A stretch of 60,284 nt of DNA from Nemertoderma westbladi (lineage: Eukaryota > Animalia > Xenacoelomorpha): NCBI GenBank assembly GCA_032718475.1, contig JAUCBJ010006232.1, forward strand, positions 1 through 60,284. Direction: 5' to 3'. Each line of letters starts with the position of its first letter. The first letter of the stretch is position 1. Below are positions 43,940 to 57,336 of the stretch, piece by piece. The position numbers were made by a program, and so were the translations under genes. Under the pieces are notes generated by a model. That model was not told where the DNA came from, searched no databases, and saw nothing but the letters and a program-made list of their open reading frames with translations.

Positions 43940-46900
43940 GTGTGTGTTGTTATACATGGAAACATAATAACGTTTTTTTTTTCAAAATAACTTTTTTTGG
44001 TTTTACATAAGGGGCAGTGCACAAATGACGCCCATGTGAAGAATACCAGGATTTCACTTTTCGGTCGACTTTTTATTGGAATTTATGAAGATTTTTAATT
44101 TTTTTTTAATTTATCTTTATTAAGTGTTTTAGGTATATTACTGGTACATCATAGGAATCAGCAATCATAGGTATCGTGCAAAATGAGCACCGATTTATTT
44201 ATTCCTTGGTTTATTTTTATTATTATGTTTGTTTGTTTATCGGTTGGTAGGTGAGGAGCGGAGTGGAGGTGTGTCTGTATACTGAACTGTATACCCTATT
44301 GCTATTATTATTATTATTTATTTTCTTCTCTTATATTCTTTCGAATCGGTTTCAAATGAGCCGCGCTGTGGATTTTTACCAACAGATTTTTGCCGACACT
44401 AAAAAATCAGCTGATGGATCATCATAATAGTAGCGATTTTATCGTATCTTTGTGTTTATAACGAACCTGCCTATTAATAGGCCAGGACAGTTCTTGTCAA
44501 GAGTTGAGCCGTTCAAAAACACGATGTGGTTGTGTGTGTGTGTATACTGTATATGTATAACCATCCAATATCTCAAAAACTCAAGCAGGTACGCAAAAAT
44601 TTTAATAACCACCTCTACATAAGTTTTGGTTGCGCATAAGACTGTATATTTTTTGTGGCGTTTCGATCACGGGGTCACTGAAAAATAGCGGTTTTGAAAA
44701 TTTAAAGTCGAATTTCACTGATTTCAACTCGTCGAGTATGCACCAACTTTTTTATTGGAGATATTCAGTCATCTGAGCAACATATTTGAGCCTCAGAATC
44801 TTTTCAAATATCGCCAATCTCGCACAGAACGTCGCCAAAATTTGTTATTCCGGCAAAAAACGCACTAATTCGTCTAAAAGAGTAAATTATTGGTTGCAGA
44901 ATAATATAATATGATTCAACTAGAAAAGCCAGCCAGCTGGCTATAAGGAAACCGTCCATAGACAAACGTAGTGTTAGTTGGGTCCCTCATCATTTATTAT
45001 CATCAACTTATAAAACATTTGAACAGCCCAGTGCTTGCAATGATATTCCCATAGGATTCACTGGGAAGAATCTGGTGGGGTAATACATTATACAAACTAA
45101 CAGTTGATGTTTGATTACTGTCTGGGTTAGAGTGAGATAGTAATAAATTTGGCAAGTAATATACTTCGCTGCAGTTTGGGCCTATCCATTCAATAAATAG
45201 TAGTAGCTTATTACTAGGCCCACATGAGTACCAGCAGCTGGTGTTTCTATCGTTGAGTTGATGGCAATTATCGTGTTTTCATTTTTGCTCACTCAGGGTA
45301 CTGCGGTACTGGTTTGAGGGGCAGGTTCGTTTAGCCAGCTTGCTGGCTTTCTAGTATAATTCATATTAATTTAATATCCATTTTATGTTTTAAAATCCTC
45401 CAGAACTAATAGAACAAGTATTATTTTATAATAATATTTAGAATACTGATTCTGTATATAAATATAATAAAATATTACTAAATATACCAGAACTACAATA
45501 GTGATAACACAATAATTTACAACCCTGACGGCTGACAATAAAAATAAATAATTGTTTAACTTGACACCATCCTAACTGCACTAAGCCACTCCCTACAATC
45601 ATGGACGGCGGTAACACAGCTAAAATATACACTGGACTTGCACAGATATGAATTATTAATGAAGTTATTGATGTAAAAAACATAAATAAATGTATATTGA
45701 TGATAATGCCGTAATGACCAACATCTTGATCAAATGTTTATTATATTTTTCCACAATTTGTGCCAAACAGACAGACAAACAAACAGACTATATATTATTA
45801 CTATATATTATTTAAAATTTAGCTGTAAATTTAAGATTGCTTTACAGAAAAAAACACGGGCTTTTAAAGCCATGGTAGGCCTACCTCAAAACATATTGGT
45901 GGGGTGTTTCTTTCAGTTTGTTTGACCTGCAAGCGAAATAGAATGGGGTATCACGCAGGCAGTGCCGTATGAAGGTTTGACCACTATTAATTATTAACCT
46001 CTTCCTTTAGGAATGTCCCCATCGCCAACGTTGTCTCCATTGTACTCTGCACCGTTGTCTACCTCCTCGTCATCGTCTCCTACCACACCATTATGAGCCC
46101 CAACGACGTGCTCGCATCCAACGCGGTCGCTATATACTTCGGGAAACAGCTGATGGGACCCATGTGGTGGTTGATTCCGCTAGGGGTCGCTCTTAGTTGC
46201 TTCGGGGCAGTCAACGGAAATATTTTCGCTTATTCCAGATGTTTCTACGTGGGGGCGCGCGATGGGACGTTACCCCAGGTGAGTCACTGGTTGGTTACGG
46301 GTAGTGCCATGGGTGGATTATGGGCAGTGCCATGGGTGTGATACGGGCAGTGCCATGGGTGGATTACGGTCAGTGCCATGGGTGGGATACGGGCAGTGCC
46401 ATGGGTGGGATACGGGCAGTGCCATGGGTGGATTACGGTCAGTGCCATGGGTGGGATACGGGCAGTGCCATGGTTGGGATGCCGGCAGTGCCATGGTTGG
46501 GATGCGGACAGTGCCATGGTTGGGATGCGGGCAGTGCCATGGGTGGATTACGGTCAGTGCCATGGGTGGGATACGGGCAGTGCCATGGGTGGGATACGGG
46601 CAGTGCCATGGTTGGGATGCCGGCAGTGCCATGGTTGGGATGCGGGCAGTGCCATGGGTGGATTACGGTCAGTGCCATGGGTGGATTACGGGCTGTGCCA
46701 TGGGTGGGATACGGGCAGTGCCATGGGTGGGATACCGGCAGTGCCATGGTTGGGATACGGGAAGTGCCATGGGTGGGATACGGGAAGTGCCATGGGTAGG
46801 ATACGGGCAGTGCCATGGGTGGATTACGGTCAGTGCCATGGGTGGATTACGGGCAGTGCCATGGGTGGGATACGGGCAGTGCCATGGCAGTGCCATGGGT

Positions 46901-49900
46901 GGGATACGGGCAGTGCCATGGCAGTGCCATGGGTGGGATACGGGCAGTGCCATGGTTGGGATACGGGAAGTGCCATGGGTGGGATACGGGAAGTGCCATG
47001 GGTAGGATACGGGCAGTGCCATGGGTGGATTACGGTCAGTGCCATGGGTGGGATACGGGCAGTGCCATGGGTGGGATACGGGCAGTGCCATGGTTGGGAT
47101 ACGGGAAGTGCCATGGGTGGGATACGGGCAGTGCCATGGGTGGGATACGGACAGTGCCATGGGTGGGATACGGGCAGTGCCATGGGTGGGATACGGGCAG
47201 TGTCATGGGTGGGGTACGGGCAGTGCCATGGGTGGGATACGGGAAGTGCCATGGGTGGGATACGGGCAGTGCCATGGGTGGGATACGGGCAGTGCCATGG
47301 GTGGGATACGGGCAGTGCCATGGGTGGGATACGGGCAGTGCCATGGGTGGGATACGGGCAGTGTCATGGGTGGGGTACGGGCAGTGCCATGGGTGGGATA
47401 CGGGCAGTTCCATGGGTGGGATATGGGCAGTGCCATGGGTGGGATACGGGAAGTGCCATGGGTGGGATACGGGCAGTGCCATGGGTGGGATACGGGCAGT
47501 GCCATGGGTGGGATACGGGCAGTGCCATGGTTGGGATGCGGGTAGTGCCATGGTTGGGATGCGGGCAGTGCCATGGTTGGGATGCGGGCAGTGCCATGGG
47601 TGAGATACGGGCAGTGCCATGGGTGGATTGCGGGCAGTGCCATGGGTGGGATATGGGCAGTGCCGTGGGTGGGATACGGGCAGTGCCATGGATGGGGTAC
47701 GGGAAGTGCCATGGGTGGGATACGGGCAATGACATGGGTGGGATACTGGCAGTGGCATGGGTGGATTACGGGCAGTGCCATGGGTGGATATGGGCAGTGC
47801 CATGGGTGGGATACGGGCAGTGCCATAGGTGGAATACGAGCAGTGCCATGGGTTGGATACGGGCAGTGCCATGGGTGGGATACGGGCAGTGCCATGGCAG
47901 TGTCATGGGTGGGATACGGGCAGTGCCATGGGTGGGATACGGGCAGTGCCATGGGTGGAATACGGGCAGTGCCATGGGTTGGATACAGGAATGCCATGAG
48001 TGGTATACGGGCAGTGCCATGGGTGGGATACGGGCAGTGCAATGGGTGGGATACGGGCAATGCCATGGGTGGGATACGGGCAGTGCCATGGGTGGGATAC
48101 GGGCAGTGCCATGGGTGGGATACGGACAGTACCATGGGTGGGATACGGGCAGTGCCATGGGTGGAATACGGGCAGTGCCATGGGTGGGATACGGGCAGTG
48201 CCATGGCAGTGCCATGGGTGGGATACGGGCAGTGCCATGGGTGGGATACGGGCAGTGCCATGGGTGGGATACGGGCAGTGCCATGGCTGGAATCCGGGCA
48301 GTGCCATGGGTTGGATACAGGAATGCCATGAGTGGTATACGGGCAGTGCCATGGGTGGGATACGGGCAGTGCCATGGGTGGGATACGGGCAGTGCCATGG
48401 GTGGAATACGGACAGTGCCATGGGTTGGATACAGGAGTGCAATGCCATGGGTGGGATATGGGCAGTGCCATGGGTGGGATACAGGCAGTACCATGGGTTG
48501 GATGCGGGCAGTGCAATGGGTTGGATACGGGCAGTACCATGGGTGGGATACGGGCAGTGCCATTGGTGGGGTACGGGCAGTGCCATTGGTGGGATAGGGC
48601 AGTGCCATGGGTGGGATACGGGCAGTGCCATGGGTGGGATACGGGCAGTGCCATAGGTGGGATACGGGCAGTACCATGGGTGGGATACGGGCAGTGCCAT
48701 GGTTGGGATACGGGCAGTGCCATGGGTGGGATACGAGCAGTACCATGGGTTGGATACGGGCAGTGCAATGGGTGGGATACGGGCAGTACCATGGGTGGAA
48801 TACGGGCAGTGTCATGGGTGGAATACGGGCAGTGCAATGGGTGGGATACGGGCAGTACCATGGGTGGGATACGTTCAGTGCCATGGGTGGTATACGGGCA
48901 GTGCCATGGGTTGGATACAGGAGTGCCATGCCATGGGTGGGATACGGGCAGTGCCATGGGTGGGATACGGGCAGTGCCATGGGTTGGATACGGGCAGTGC
49001 AATGGGTGGGATACGGGCAGTACCATGGGTGGAATACGGGCAGTGTCATGGGTGGAATACGGGCAGTGCAATGGGTGGGATACGGGCAGTACCATGGGGG
49101 GGATACGGGCAGAGCCATGGGTGGAATACGGGCAGTGCTATGGGTTGGATACAGGAGTGCCATGCCATGGGTGGGATACGGGCAGTGACATGGGTGGGAT
49201 ACGGGCAGTGCCATGGGTTGGATACGGGCAGTGCAATGGGTGGGATACGGGCAGTACCATGGGTGGGATACGGGCAGTGCCATTGGTGGGATAGGGCAGT
49301 GTCATGGGTGGGATACGGGCAGTGCCATGGGTGGGATACTGGCAGTGCCAATGGTGGGATATAGGCAGTACCATGGGTGGGATACGGGCAGTGCCATTGG
49401 TGGGTTACGCTACGGGCAGTGCCATGGGTCGGATGCTGGCAGTGCCATTGGTGGGATAGGGCAGTGTCATGGGTGGGATACGGGCAGTGCCATGGTTGGG
49501 ATGCGGACAGTGCCATGGGTGGGATACGGGCAGTGCCATGGGTGGGATACGGACAGTACCATGGGTGGGATACGGGCAGTGCCATTGGTGGGATACGGGC
49601 AGTGCCATGGGTGGGATACGGACAGTGCCATGGGTGGGATGCTGGCAGTGCCATTGATGGGATTGGGCAGTGCCATTGGTGGGGTACGGGCAGTGCCATG
49701 GGTCGGATGCTGGCAGTGCCATTGGTGGGATAGGGCAGTGTCATGGGTGGGATACGGGCAGTGCCATGGGTGGGATACTGGCAGTGCCAATGGTGGGATA
49801 CAGGCAGTACCATGGGTGGGATATGGACAGTGCCATGGGTGGGATGCTGGCAGTGCCATTGGTGGGATAGGGCAGTGCCATTGGTGGGGTACGGGCAGTG

Positions 49901-52503
49901 CCATGGGTCGGATGCTGGCAGTGCCATTGGTGGGATAGGGCAGTGTCATGGGTGGGGCACGGGCAGTCCATGGGTGGGATACTGGCAGTGCCAATGGTGG
50001 GATACATGCAGTACCATGGGTGGGATACGGGCAGTGCCATGTGTTGGATACGGGCAGTGCCATGGGTGGGATACGGGCAGTGCCATGGGTGGGATACGGA
50101 CAGTGCCATGGGTGGGATGCTGGCAGTGCCATTGGTGGGGTACGGGAAGTGCCATGGGTCGGATGCTGGCAGTGCCATTGGTGGGATAGGGCAGTGTCAT
50201 GGGTGGGATATGGGCAGTGCCATGGGTGGGATACTGGCAGTGCCAATGGTGGGATACAGGCAGTACCATTGGTGGGATACGGGCAGTGCCATGTGTTGGA
50301 TACGGACAGTGCCATGGGTGGGATACGGGCAGTGCCATGGGTGGGATACGGACAGTGCCGTGGGTGGGATGCGGGCAGTGCCATGGGTGGGATACGGACA
50401 GTGCCATGGGTGGGATGCTGGCAGTGCCATTGGTGGGATAGGGCAGTGCCATTGGTGGGATACGGGCAGTGCCATGGGTGGATACGGGCAGTCCATGGGT
50501 GGGATACTGGCAGTGCCAATGGTGGGATACATGCAGTACCATGGGTGGGATACGGGCAGTGCCATGGGTGGGATACTGGCAGTGCCAATGGTGGGATACA
50601 TGCAGTACCATGGGTGGGATACGGGCAGTGCCATGGGTGGGATACTGGCAGTGCCAATGGTGGGATACATGCAGTACCATGGGTGGGATACGGGCAGTGC
50701 AAGTTATGGGTGTTTTCGAGTCACCTAATAAAATCACCAAGTCTGACTCGTAATTGTCTGAAGTTTTTTTTAGAAATTTTTTAGTAATTATTGATGTGGC
50801 TGGTATTCATGGAGGAGTGTAGTGTATACTTACAACCAGTTGCACATTGTCCACAAATTTACTCCACAAAGGCGGTATTTGTGACATGCTGATATTTGGT
50901 AAATTGCTACCACGGCATCAATATGGTAAGATATTGGGTAGGTTGCCACCACGCAACACATGAGTAAGGTATTTTGTACATCATCCAAGTTTTCAAACTT
51001 TGGCAGTTTAAGTTTCGTATGAAATATAATATTAAATTTTTTTAATTTTCAGGTTTTAGGTATGATAAACATGAAATATATGACTCCGATACCGACGCTG
51101 ATGTTTAACTGTATGATGGCGTTGCTAATGTTAACAGCACATGATATACAAGTTAGTTTGTGACAATAATGATATTTATTAATAAATAATAATTAATTAA
51201 GTAAATTAATTACTATGTAATATAATTATCTCCCGGGTTTCAGTGTAGTAGTGAAAGTAAAGCCGGACCTATCCTCCCTCACATTTTTTATTTTTATTAT
51301 ATATTTATATATATTTATTTTATTTCTAAAATATATGGTAAATGATATTGGTGTTTAAAAAAAATTAATTATATTTTCATAATTTCCATTACTAATTTAT
51401 TTTTGTATTTACTAATTTATTTTTTTATTTACCAATTTATTTTTTTTATTTACTAATTTATTTTTTTATTTACTAATTTATTTTTTTATTTACTAATTTA
51501 TTTTTTTATTTACCAATTTATTTTTTTATTTACTAATTTATTTTTATGTACTAATTTTTTTATGTTCTGGTACTAATTTAAATTATTAATTCTAATGTCT
51601 ATTAAATTTATAAATTTCAATTGAATTCACTAAGATTCACTTAACTGAATTGTTTATAGGCGCTGATTAATTACTTCAGTTTTGCAACGTGGATGTTTGT
51701 CGGTGTAGCCGTTAGTTCCCTGGTCTTCCTGCGTTGGAAGAAACCTGAAATGGAACGCCCGTTCCGAGTTCCCATAGTAATACCGATAATATTCGTTATT
51801 ATGTGCGCCTTTCTTGTCGCTTGTTCCGTTATATCGGCCCCCTACGAATGTCTCATTGGCGCCGCTATAACGATATCAGGTGCGTTATTTCCCTACCATC
51901 CTGTAACTAAACTGGTATCAATAAGATTATAGATAATATCTCTGTTGTTCCGAAGGTTGGTATTTGGCTAGCAATATGGTCCCAAAGAGTACTGATTTTG
52001 AACATTTCTTCACTGTAATGTTGAACATTTTTAACAACAGAGGCGTAACGACGGGATGGAGGGGGGGGGGGGGGCGTTCCCCCCGGGCGCACTCACCCAG
52101 GGGCGCTGAAAGGTCAGGGAAAATATCAGGGAATTCTTGTAAAAATAGGACAAATCAGTGAAAAATTCAGGGATTGTGATACAGTATTTACAGGAGATGT
52201 GTCATAAGCGAAAATATGGAAAAATGTTCTCTACTCGTTTCGCTCGCCATTCTGTATATTATAGGTGCACTCTATCAAACTTCTAAACTTATTAATTGCC
52301 AATAAACTTTACGTTAAGTTTATGAGTCCACTTTATATTATGTATTAGGAATTCCCGTCTACTTTATATTCGTGGACCAACGATGCAAGAAGCCGGCGGT
52401 TATGGTTAAGATATCGATAGCGTTTACAAGATTCGTGCAACAACTCACTATCTCGATACCCCAAGAATCTAAGACTGCCTTGGCCGAAGAGACGGATGCC
52501 TGA
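43197..52503 (+). CDS. SLC7 family L-type amino-acid transporter light chain (LAT/y+LAT/b0,+AT-like), five coding exons, 494 aa
   Basis: join(43197..43939,46011..46278,51053..51151,51660..51879,52349..52503) = 1485 nt, all GT-AG introns with matching phases (2,0,0,1). Motifs IGSGIFISP, SGGEYAY, PFFLDC (heavy-chain disulfide Cys), GLWAY.GWN, P.RN.P, GAR.G.LP, LINYFSF and SGIPVYF. Confidence 0.93.
46011..46278 (+). CDS. SLC7 coding exon 2
   Basis: Acceptor cttcctttag, (R)NVPIANVVSI...GARDGTLPQ, donor CAG|gtgagt. Confidence 0.93.
46290..50700 (+). repeat. 23-bp G-rich minisatellite (gggtgggatacgggcagtgccat), roughly 190 units, in SLC7 intron 2
   Basis: Directly visible. Variant units and higher-order blocks present; copy number estimated from length divided by 23. 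Confidence 0.97.
51053..51151 (+). CDS. SLC7 coding exon 3
   Basis: Acceptor ttttcag, VLGMINMKYMTPIPTLMFNCMMALLMLTAHDIQ, donor |gttagt. Confidence 0.9.
51389..51580. repeat. ~20-bp AT-rich tandem repeat (tttactaatttattttttta) in SLC7 intron 3
   Basis: Directly visible. Confidence 0.9.
51660..51879 (+). CDS. SLC7 coding exon 4
   Basis: Acceptor tgtttatag, ALINYFSFATWMFVG...AAITIS, donor G|gtgcgt. Confidence 0.92.
52349..52503 (+). CDS. SLC7 coding exon 5 (terminal)
   Basis: Acceptor tgtattag, (G)IPVYFIFV...TRFVQQL...ETDA, TGA at 52501-52503. Confidence 0.9.
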
Positions 52504-52845
52504 ATATCCTAAACTATTAGCTATTCAATAGTTCGTGATGGATAGTTGATGAATTTGTGTTGAGATCAAAAAACAATCCATTACATGTAATTTAGACTTA
52601 CCCTTTTTATGGTGTATAACTATAAGTGTGTGCTGGCTGCTTAAGTGCATAACGCGTGTTAGGTGACCTAAATGCTATTTTATAATATTATTAATAATTG
52701 GTAATATTATTATTATTTAGGGTATCAATTTATATGTACTACATGGTTTTTATTTCACGTTATTTTCTATTACTCTTATATAGTAAAGTAATTGTTATAT
52801 ATTTTATTTAAATATAGTAGTACCGTATTTCACGCCTAATCGAGT

Positions 52846-53148
52846 ATGACTGCTGGGGGTCGCGTTGCGGAGGTGGCTGAGGAGAAGAAAACAGCCAAAT
52901 ACCGGGAGCTAGTCGTCCGGGGCTACATCTTCTCCCCGGTTGCCTTTGAGACCTACGGCTGTCCGGGCTCTTCCACTCGCAGTTTCCTGAAGGAGATCGG
53001 CGACCGTATACGTAGTGTCACCAACGAGCCGCGGTCGCACCGATTCCTCCTACAGAGGCTCCTCATTGCCATTCAGATCGGCAATGCCGCTTCGATCTTA
53101 GGATCGATTAGGTCCACGGACGAGGGTTTGTTGGATCTCGTCTCCTAG
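52846..53148 (+). mobile_element. 5'-truncated CRE-like non-LTR retrotransposon (restriction-like endonuclease C-terminus)
   Basis: AEEKKTAKY...FSPVAFETYG..G....FLKEIG...FLLQRL.IAIQ.GNAASI. Abrupt GC-rich island in AT-rich DNA. Confidence 0.85.
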
Positions 53149-54431
53149 GCTCCTCCACTTGCGTTCCCCGCTCCCTCTATCCCATCTCCCCTCCCCCTTA
53201 TAACTCATATTCCCCCGCCCCATATTAAGTATAAATAGCAGGCCTAATTAATTAATTAGTCATTTTATCGAGTATCGATATTTGTTTACACGGTGAGTGA
53301 AATATGGTGAGATAGACTAAAGTGAGTGAAATACAGGCGTACTTATTTACATCGAGTAAGTCATTTATGTTCAAGATTATAACCTATGTGTCTGTTTTCA
53401 AGGCCTCTTTAAGGCCTTTGGAGGGGTGATACTTTTTATGGCTCATGAATTCATAAGCCTAAACCGGTAAGAATACGGTATGAATGAAATAACTGTCTCT
53501 ACCAGACACTGCTGGGCTGATTATATGTATTCCAAATGGAACTAAATTAGTCAGTTACACTGAAAATCTGAAATAATAATCTAATTATAATTGCGATGTA
53601 GTAACTTTATCGGTAAAGGTGAAGGGGAATGGCTCCTATATTGGCCGTTACAAGGCATGGAGGGTCCACTCTAACTCCCACGGTTGATTATTATGTAAAG
53701 ATCCAGCCCCTTTTTGTGCGAATGCTGACAAACTAATTAATTGTTTTCCTGACAGTGTAAATATATTGATTAACATTAGTTCTATTAGAGTTTGTTAATA
53801 TTATTGTTTTATATCTCGTATTTTTATCTCAAAATTTAAAATTTATTTATAGAAAATTCTAGAAGAAACTTCTTAATTAGTAAAAGTAGGCCATTAATTA
53901 TTATTTGTGAAGTATATTAAATATTTTAAATTGTCGGTTTATCTGGTGAACTATTTAAACAGCTGGTTGCAAATCTACTTACTACACACCACCCAATATC
54001 TCGGGTGTAGGGAAATAATTCGAATATGTGGTATAGAGGGGATAACATGCCAACGAAATAATCAAAATTATGCATCTCTGTTAATTCTTAACAAAATTTG
54101 TTGGGATTGTTTGTCCTTTTTTCTTTAGCTAAAAGTATATAGACATTATTTTGCTCATTTTACAACCATTGTTTATTTATTAGTCAATATATTTGTCGGT
54201 CATTTACTATATCTTAATTATAATAATAGGCTTTTTTCTGTAATCATATTTATTTTAAAGTATAATTATTATATTTACTCGTGTTTCATGATAATATACG
54301 TAATGTTCGACTACTCCTCTATTTATGCCTATAAACTTTCGTTTGATATAAATATTGGGGTTGTCTAAAAAAAATATGTCTCATTTCGGCGATTTAACGC
54401 GATGTATAAATTAAGTTAAAGGAGCAGGTTA

Positions 54432-54793
54432 AAAGGCCTGTTTACACGTGGCAACTTTTAGAGCAACTTTCTCGGCAACCCAGTTTTCCGATCAAGTTGC
54501 TCCGTGTAAACACGTAAAAAAGTTGCCGTAAAAGTTGCTCAACTTTTACGGCAACTTGAAGGAATTTGCGTTGGCGAATTAAAGCGGGATAATCAAATTA
54601 AATTATTAAAAATTAGCTAGTAGATAAAATGACCCACTATTTTACAATCAAACTAGCCAAGTTGCTCTAAAAGTTGCCGGCCAAGTTGCTGGTAAAGTTG
54701 CCACGTGTAAACAGCAATTAAATTAAGTTGCTCGAAAAAAGTTGCTAGTTGCCGAGAAAGTTGCTCTAAAAGTTGCCACGTGTAAACAGGCCT
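54432..54793. mobile_element. PIF/Harbinger (Tourist-like) MITE
   Basis: ~46-bp perfect TIR aggcctgtttacacgtggcaacttttagagcaactttctcggcaac, flanked by TTA (54429-54431 and 54794-54796). Internal aagttgc motifs. Confidence 0.8.
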
Positions 54794-55679
54794 TTACAGT
54801 GGCATGTTATCTAACCAAAACAATAAACGAAAAGCAATAGAACAGGTGACAGTTTTATTTTTGGAAGTGATCAGCTGTTATTTTCCTGGAAAAGGTTGAA
54901 TTTTGATTTCGTCAAGAGATCCCCCACCCTAACTGGCTTTTTCAGAAAATACTATATTTTCATTTAAGTAACTATTTTCGACAACACTGGCGTTATCTCC
55001 CGAGTGTATTTATGTACTGAGCGAGCGCAGCGAGGGATGTTTGTTTACATAAATAAACAAGGGCGATAAACGATGAATAGTGCCCTTCACGCTATGGACT
55101 GCGAAAATATCATCAAAATCTCAACTTAACTGTGACGGGATCCACCCTGCCGTTTTAAGGCTAAATACCCTATCTCAAAAAATCTCAATTTTTTTTTATT
55201 TTAGAAATCCACATAAAATTTTACGCTCTATCTAACAGTATAGAACAATAGGGCTGTTTCTGAGCGCAAAATAGAGTTTTCAGGTGGCCAGATACCCTAC
55301 AAAACACCTATTTGACCTCTATGTTAAGGCAAAACACCCTATCGCCAGTATGGAACAGATAGGGTATATTGCCTAAAAATATTTGGGCATTCTACAATAC
55401 CCTATATCAATATTTTTGAGATAGGGTATTTACATCTTAATATAGATATACCTGTTTCCAGCTGTAGATAGGGTATTTCTCTAGATTAGGCACGGAACAG
55501 CTTTCATTTCAATTATTGCTTTAGGCATTAGGCCTATAATATATTATGGAACTAGAAGATGATGAACCATTGCCATTATTTGGGTTTGAATTACCTGAAG
55601 CGGAATGTTGTAAGAACTCAATGACGAGAAAGAGAAATGCACCAATAATAATGCCTTCATACAAAGTTTATCCAAAGCG

Positions 55680-56247
55680 ACAGAAGAGGAGGGACATGGT
55701 CAGTGTCGGTGTGTCGTAAGATTCTGGGGGGAAGGACACGGACACGGTCGGTGTGACGGATGATTCTGGGGGGAAGGACAGGGACACGGTCAGTGGGTTG
55801 GATGATACTGGGAGGAAGGACAGGGACATGGTCAGTGTGTCGGATAATTCTGGGAAGAAGGACAGGGACCCGGTCGGTGTGTCGGATGATTCTGGGGGGA
55901 AGAACACGGACACAGTCGGTGTGAAGGATGATTCTGGGGGGAAGTACAGGGACACGGTCAGTGTGTCGGATGATACTGGGAGGAAAGACATGGACATGGT
56001 CGGCGTGTTGGATGATACTGGGAGGAAGGACAGGGACATGGTCGGTGTGTCGGATGATACTGGGAGGAAATACAGGGACCCGGTCGGTGTCTTAGATGAT
56101 ACTGGGAGGAAAAACAGGGACATGGTCGGTGTGTCGGATGATACTGGGAGGAAGGACAGGGACACGGTCGGTGTGTTGGATGATACTGGGAGGAAGGACA
56201 GGGACATGGTCGGTGTGTCGGATGATACTGGGAGGAAGGACAGGGAC
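55680..56247. repeat. 42-bp minisatellite (ggtcggtgtgtcggatgatactgggaggaaggacagggacat), ~13 copies, inside the transposon
   Basis: Directly visible; 14-aa periodicity in the ORF track. Confidence 0.95.
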
Positions 56248-56258
56248 AAAACCCAGGT

Positions 56259-57336
56259 GTGATGTATTATATCAGAAATATCGCAGTCTTCCATGGAATG
56301 AATATATCGTTCGCCAAGTTAGGACATGAGGAGTGTATAAAATGTGAAATGCATAAGCTGCATACCTGTGCCGCTTCCAACTTAAACGTATGTGATATAT
56401 GTGTCAAGCATGCAACACACATCGACCGTGCGAGGGCCTCCAGAGAAACATATCAAAGGGATGCCGCGATTAGGGGAAATAGTTCAACCACCATAGTTTC
56501 TGCGGATTTGCAGAAAGTCATCATGTTGCCCGTTCTTGAAATGTTTAAGGACGTGCAATTCTTGAGAAGAGTCGTAGCATATCACGAATCTTTCGTCCCG
56601 TTGGGCAAACTCCGCAACAATAATGATATATTCTCTGCTATTTGGCATGATGGGGAGCATGGTAGAAACGATGAAGACATTGCATCCACATTTTTCTATT
56701 TTCTAGAATCAGTCAGGGATAAAGGGCTTGTGAAGATATGGGTTGATAATTGCGGCGCTCAGGACAAAATCTACACACTCTACTCGTGTCTTATAAAACT
56801 TGTTCAGTTTATGGGACAAAAAGCTATCGAGTTGTGGTACTTTGAACCACACCATTCCTCTATGTCAGCAGACAACTTACACCGGCTAGTTAATAAGGAA
56901 TTAAAGACAGCTAAGAAAGTATATGACTTTCAAGATTTCGGAACTTGTGTAAAGAAAGCTGCGAGCTTCAATTCTGAAGTAAAGATAATTGAGGCATGGT
57001 GACGTTCATCTTTGGACCAATGAGATCTCCGTCCATAAACTTAAAAAACATCGAGACAATGGTACCTTTCCATTACTGAAGTCTGTCGTAGCCGTGAGGT
57101 TTGAGAAGGGATACAAGATGATAAAGTATAAAGTAAATTATGGCGATCCAGATTGATTGGAAGTTGATCTCATGAAGAGAAATGTCATCTATTGCGTTCC
57201 TAAATATCAAAAGGAACCTAAAGGTGTTCCCAGCGACCGATTGGACGAATTAATTCGTCGCCTAGCTCAAGTACTTCCTGCAAATCGACTGAAGTTCTGG
57301 AACGAGATAGTCCTGCGTCCAAATGAAGATACATAA
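56259..57336 (+). pseudogene. DDE transposase remnant (Sola1-like)
   Basis: KLGHEECIKC, SADLQKVIMLP, WHDG..GR..EDIAS, WVDNCGAQ.K and FEP.H..MSAD..H. Frameshift at ~57000 and later stops. Confidence 0.8.

Noticed and set aside
43940-43967. ORF-track extension of SLC7 exon 1 (CVLLYMET*)
   Set aside because: Read-through into intron 1. Homology resumes at 46011.
46290-50700. CRISPR-like array
   Set aside because: Units are contiguous with no unique spacers, there are no cas genes, and the context is eukaryotic. The same applies to 1932-2050, 3781-4070 and 55680-56247.
46284-50784. Dozens of long ORFs (up to 739 aa) in all six frames
   Set aside because: Artefacts of a stop-poor 23-bp minisatellite inside an SLC7 intron.
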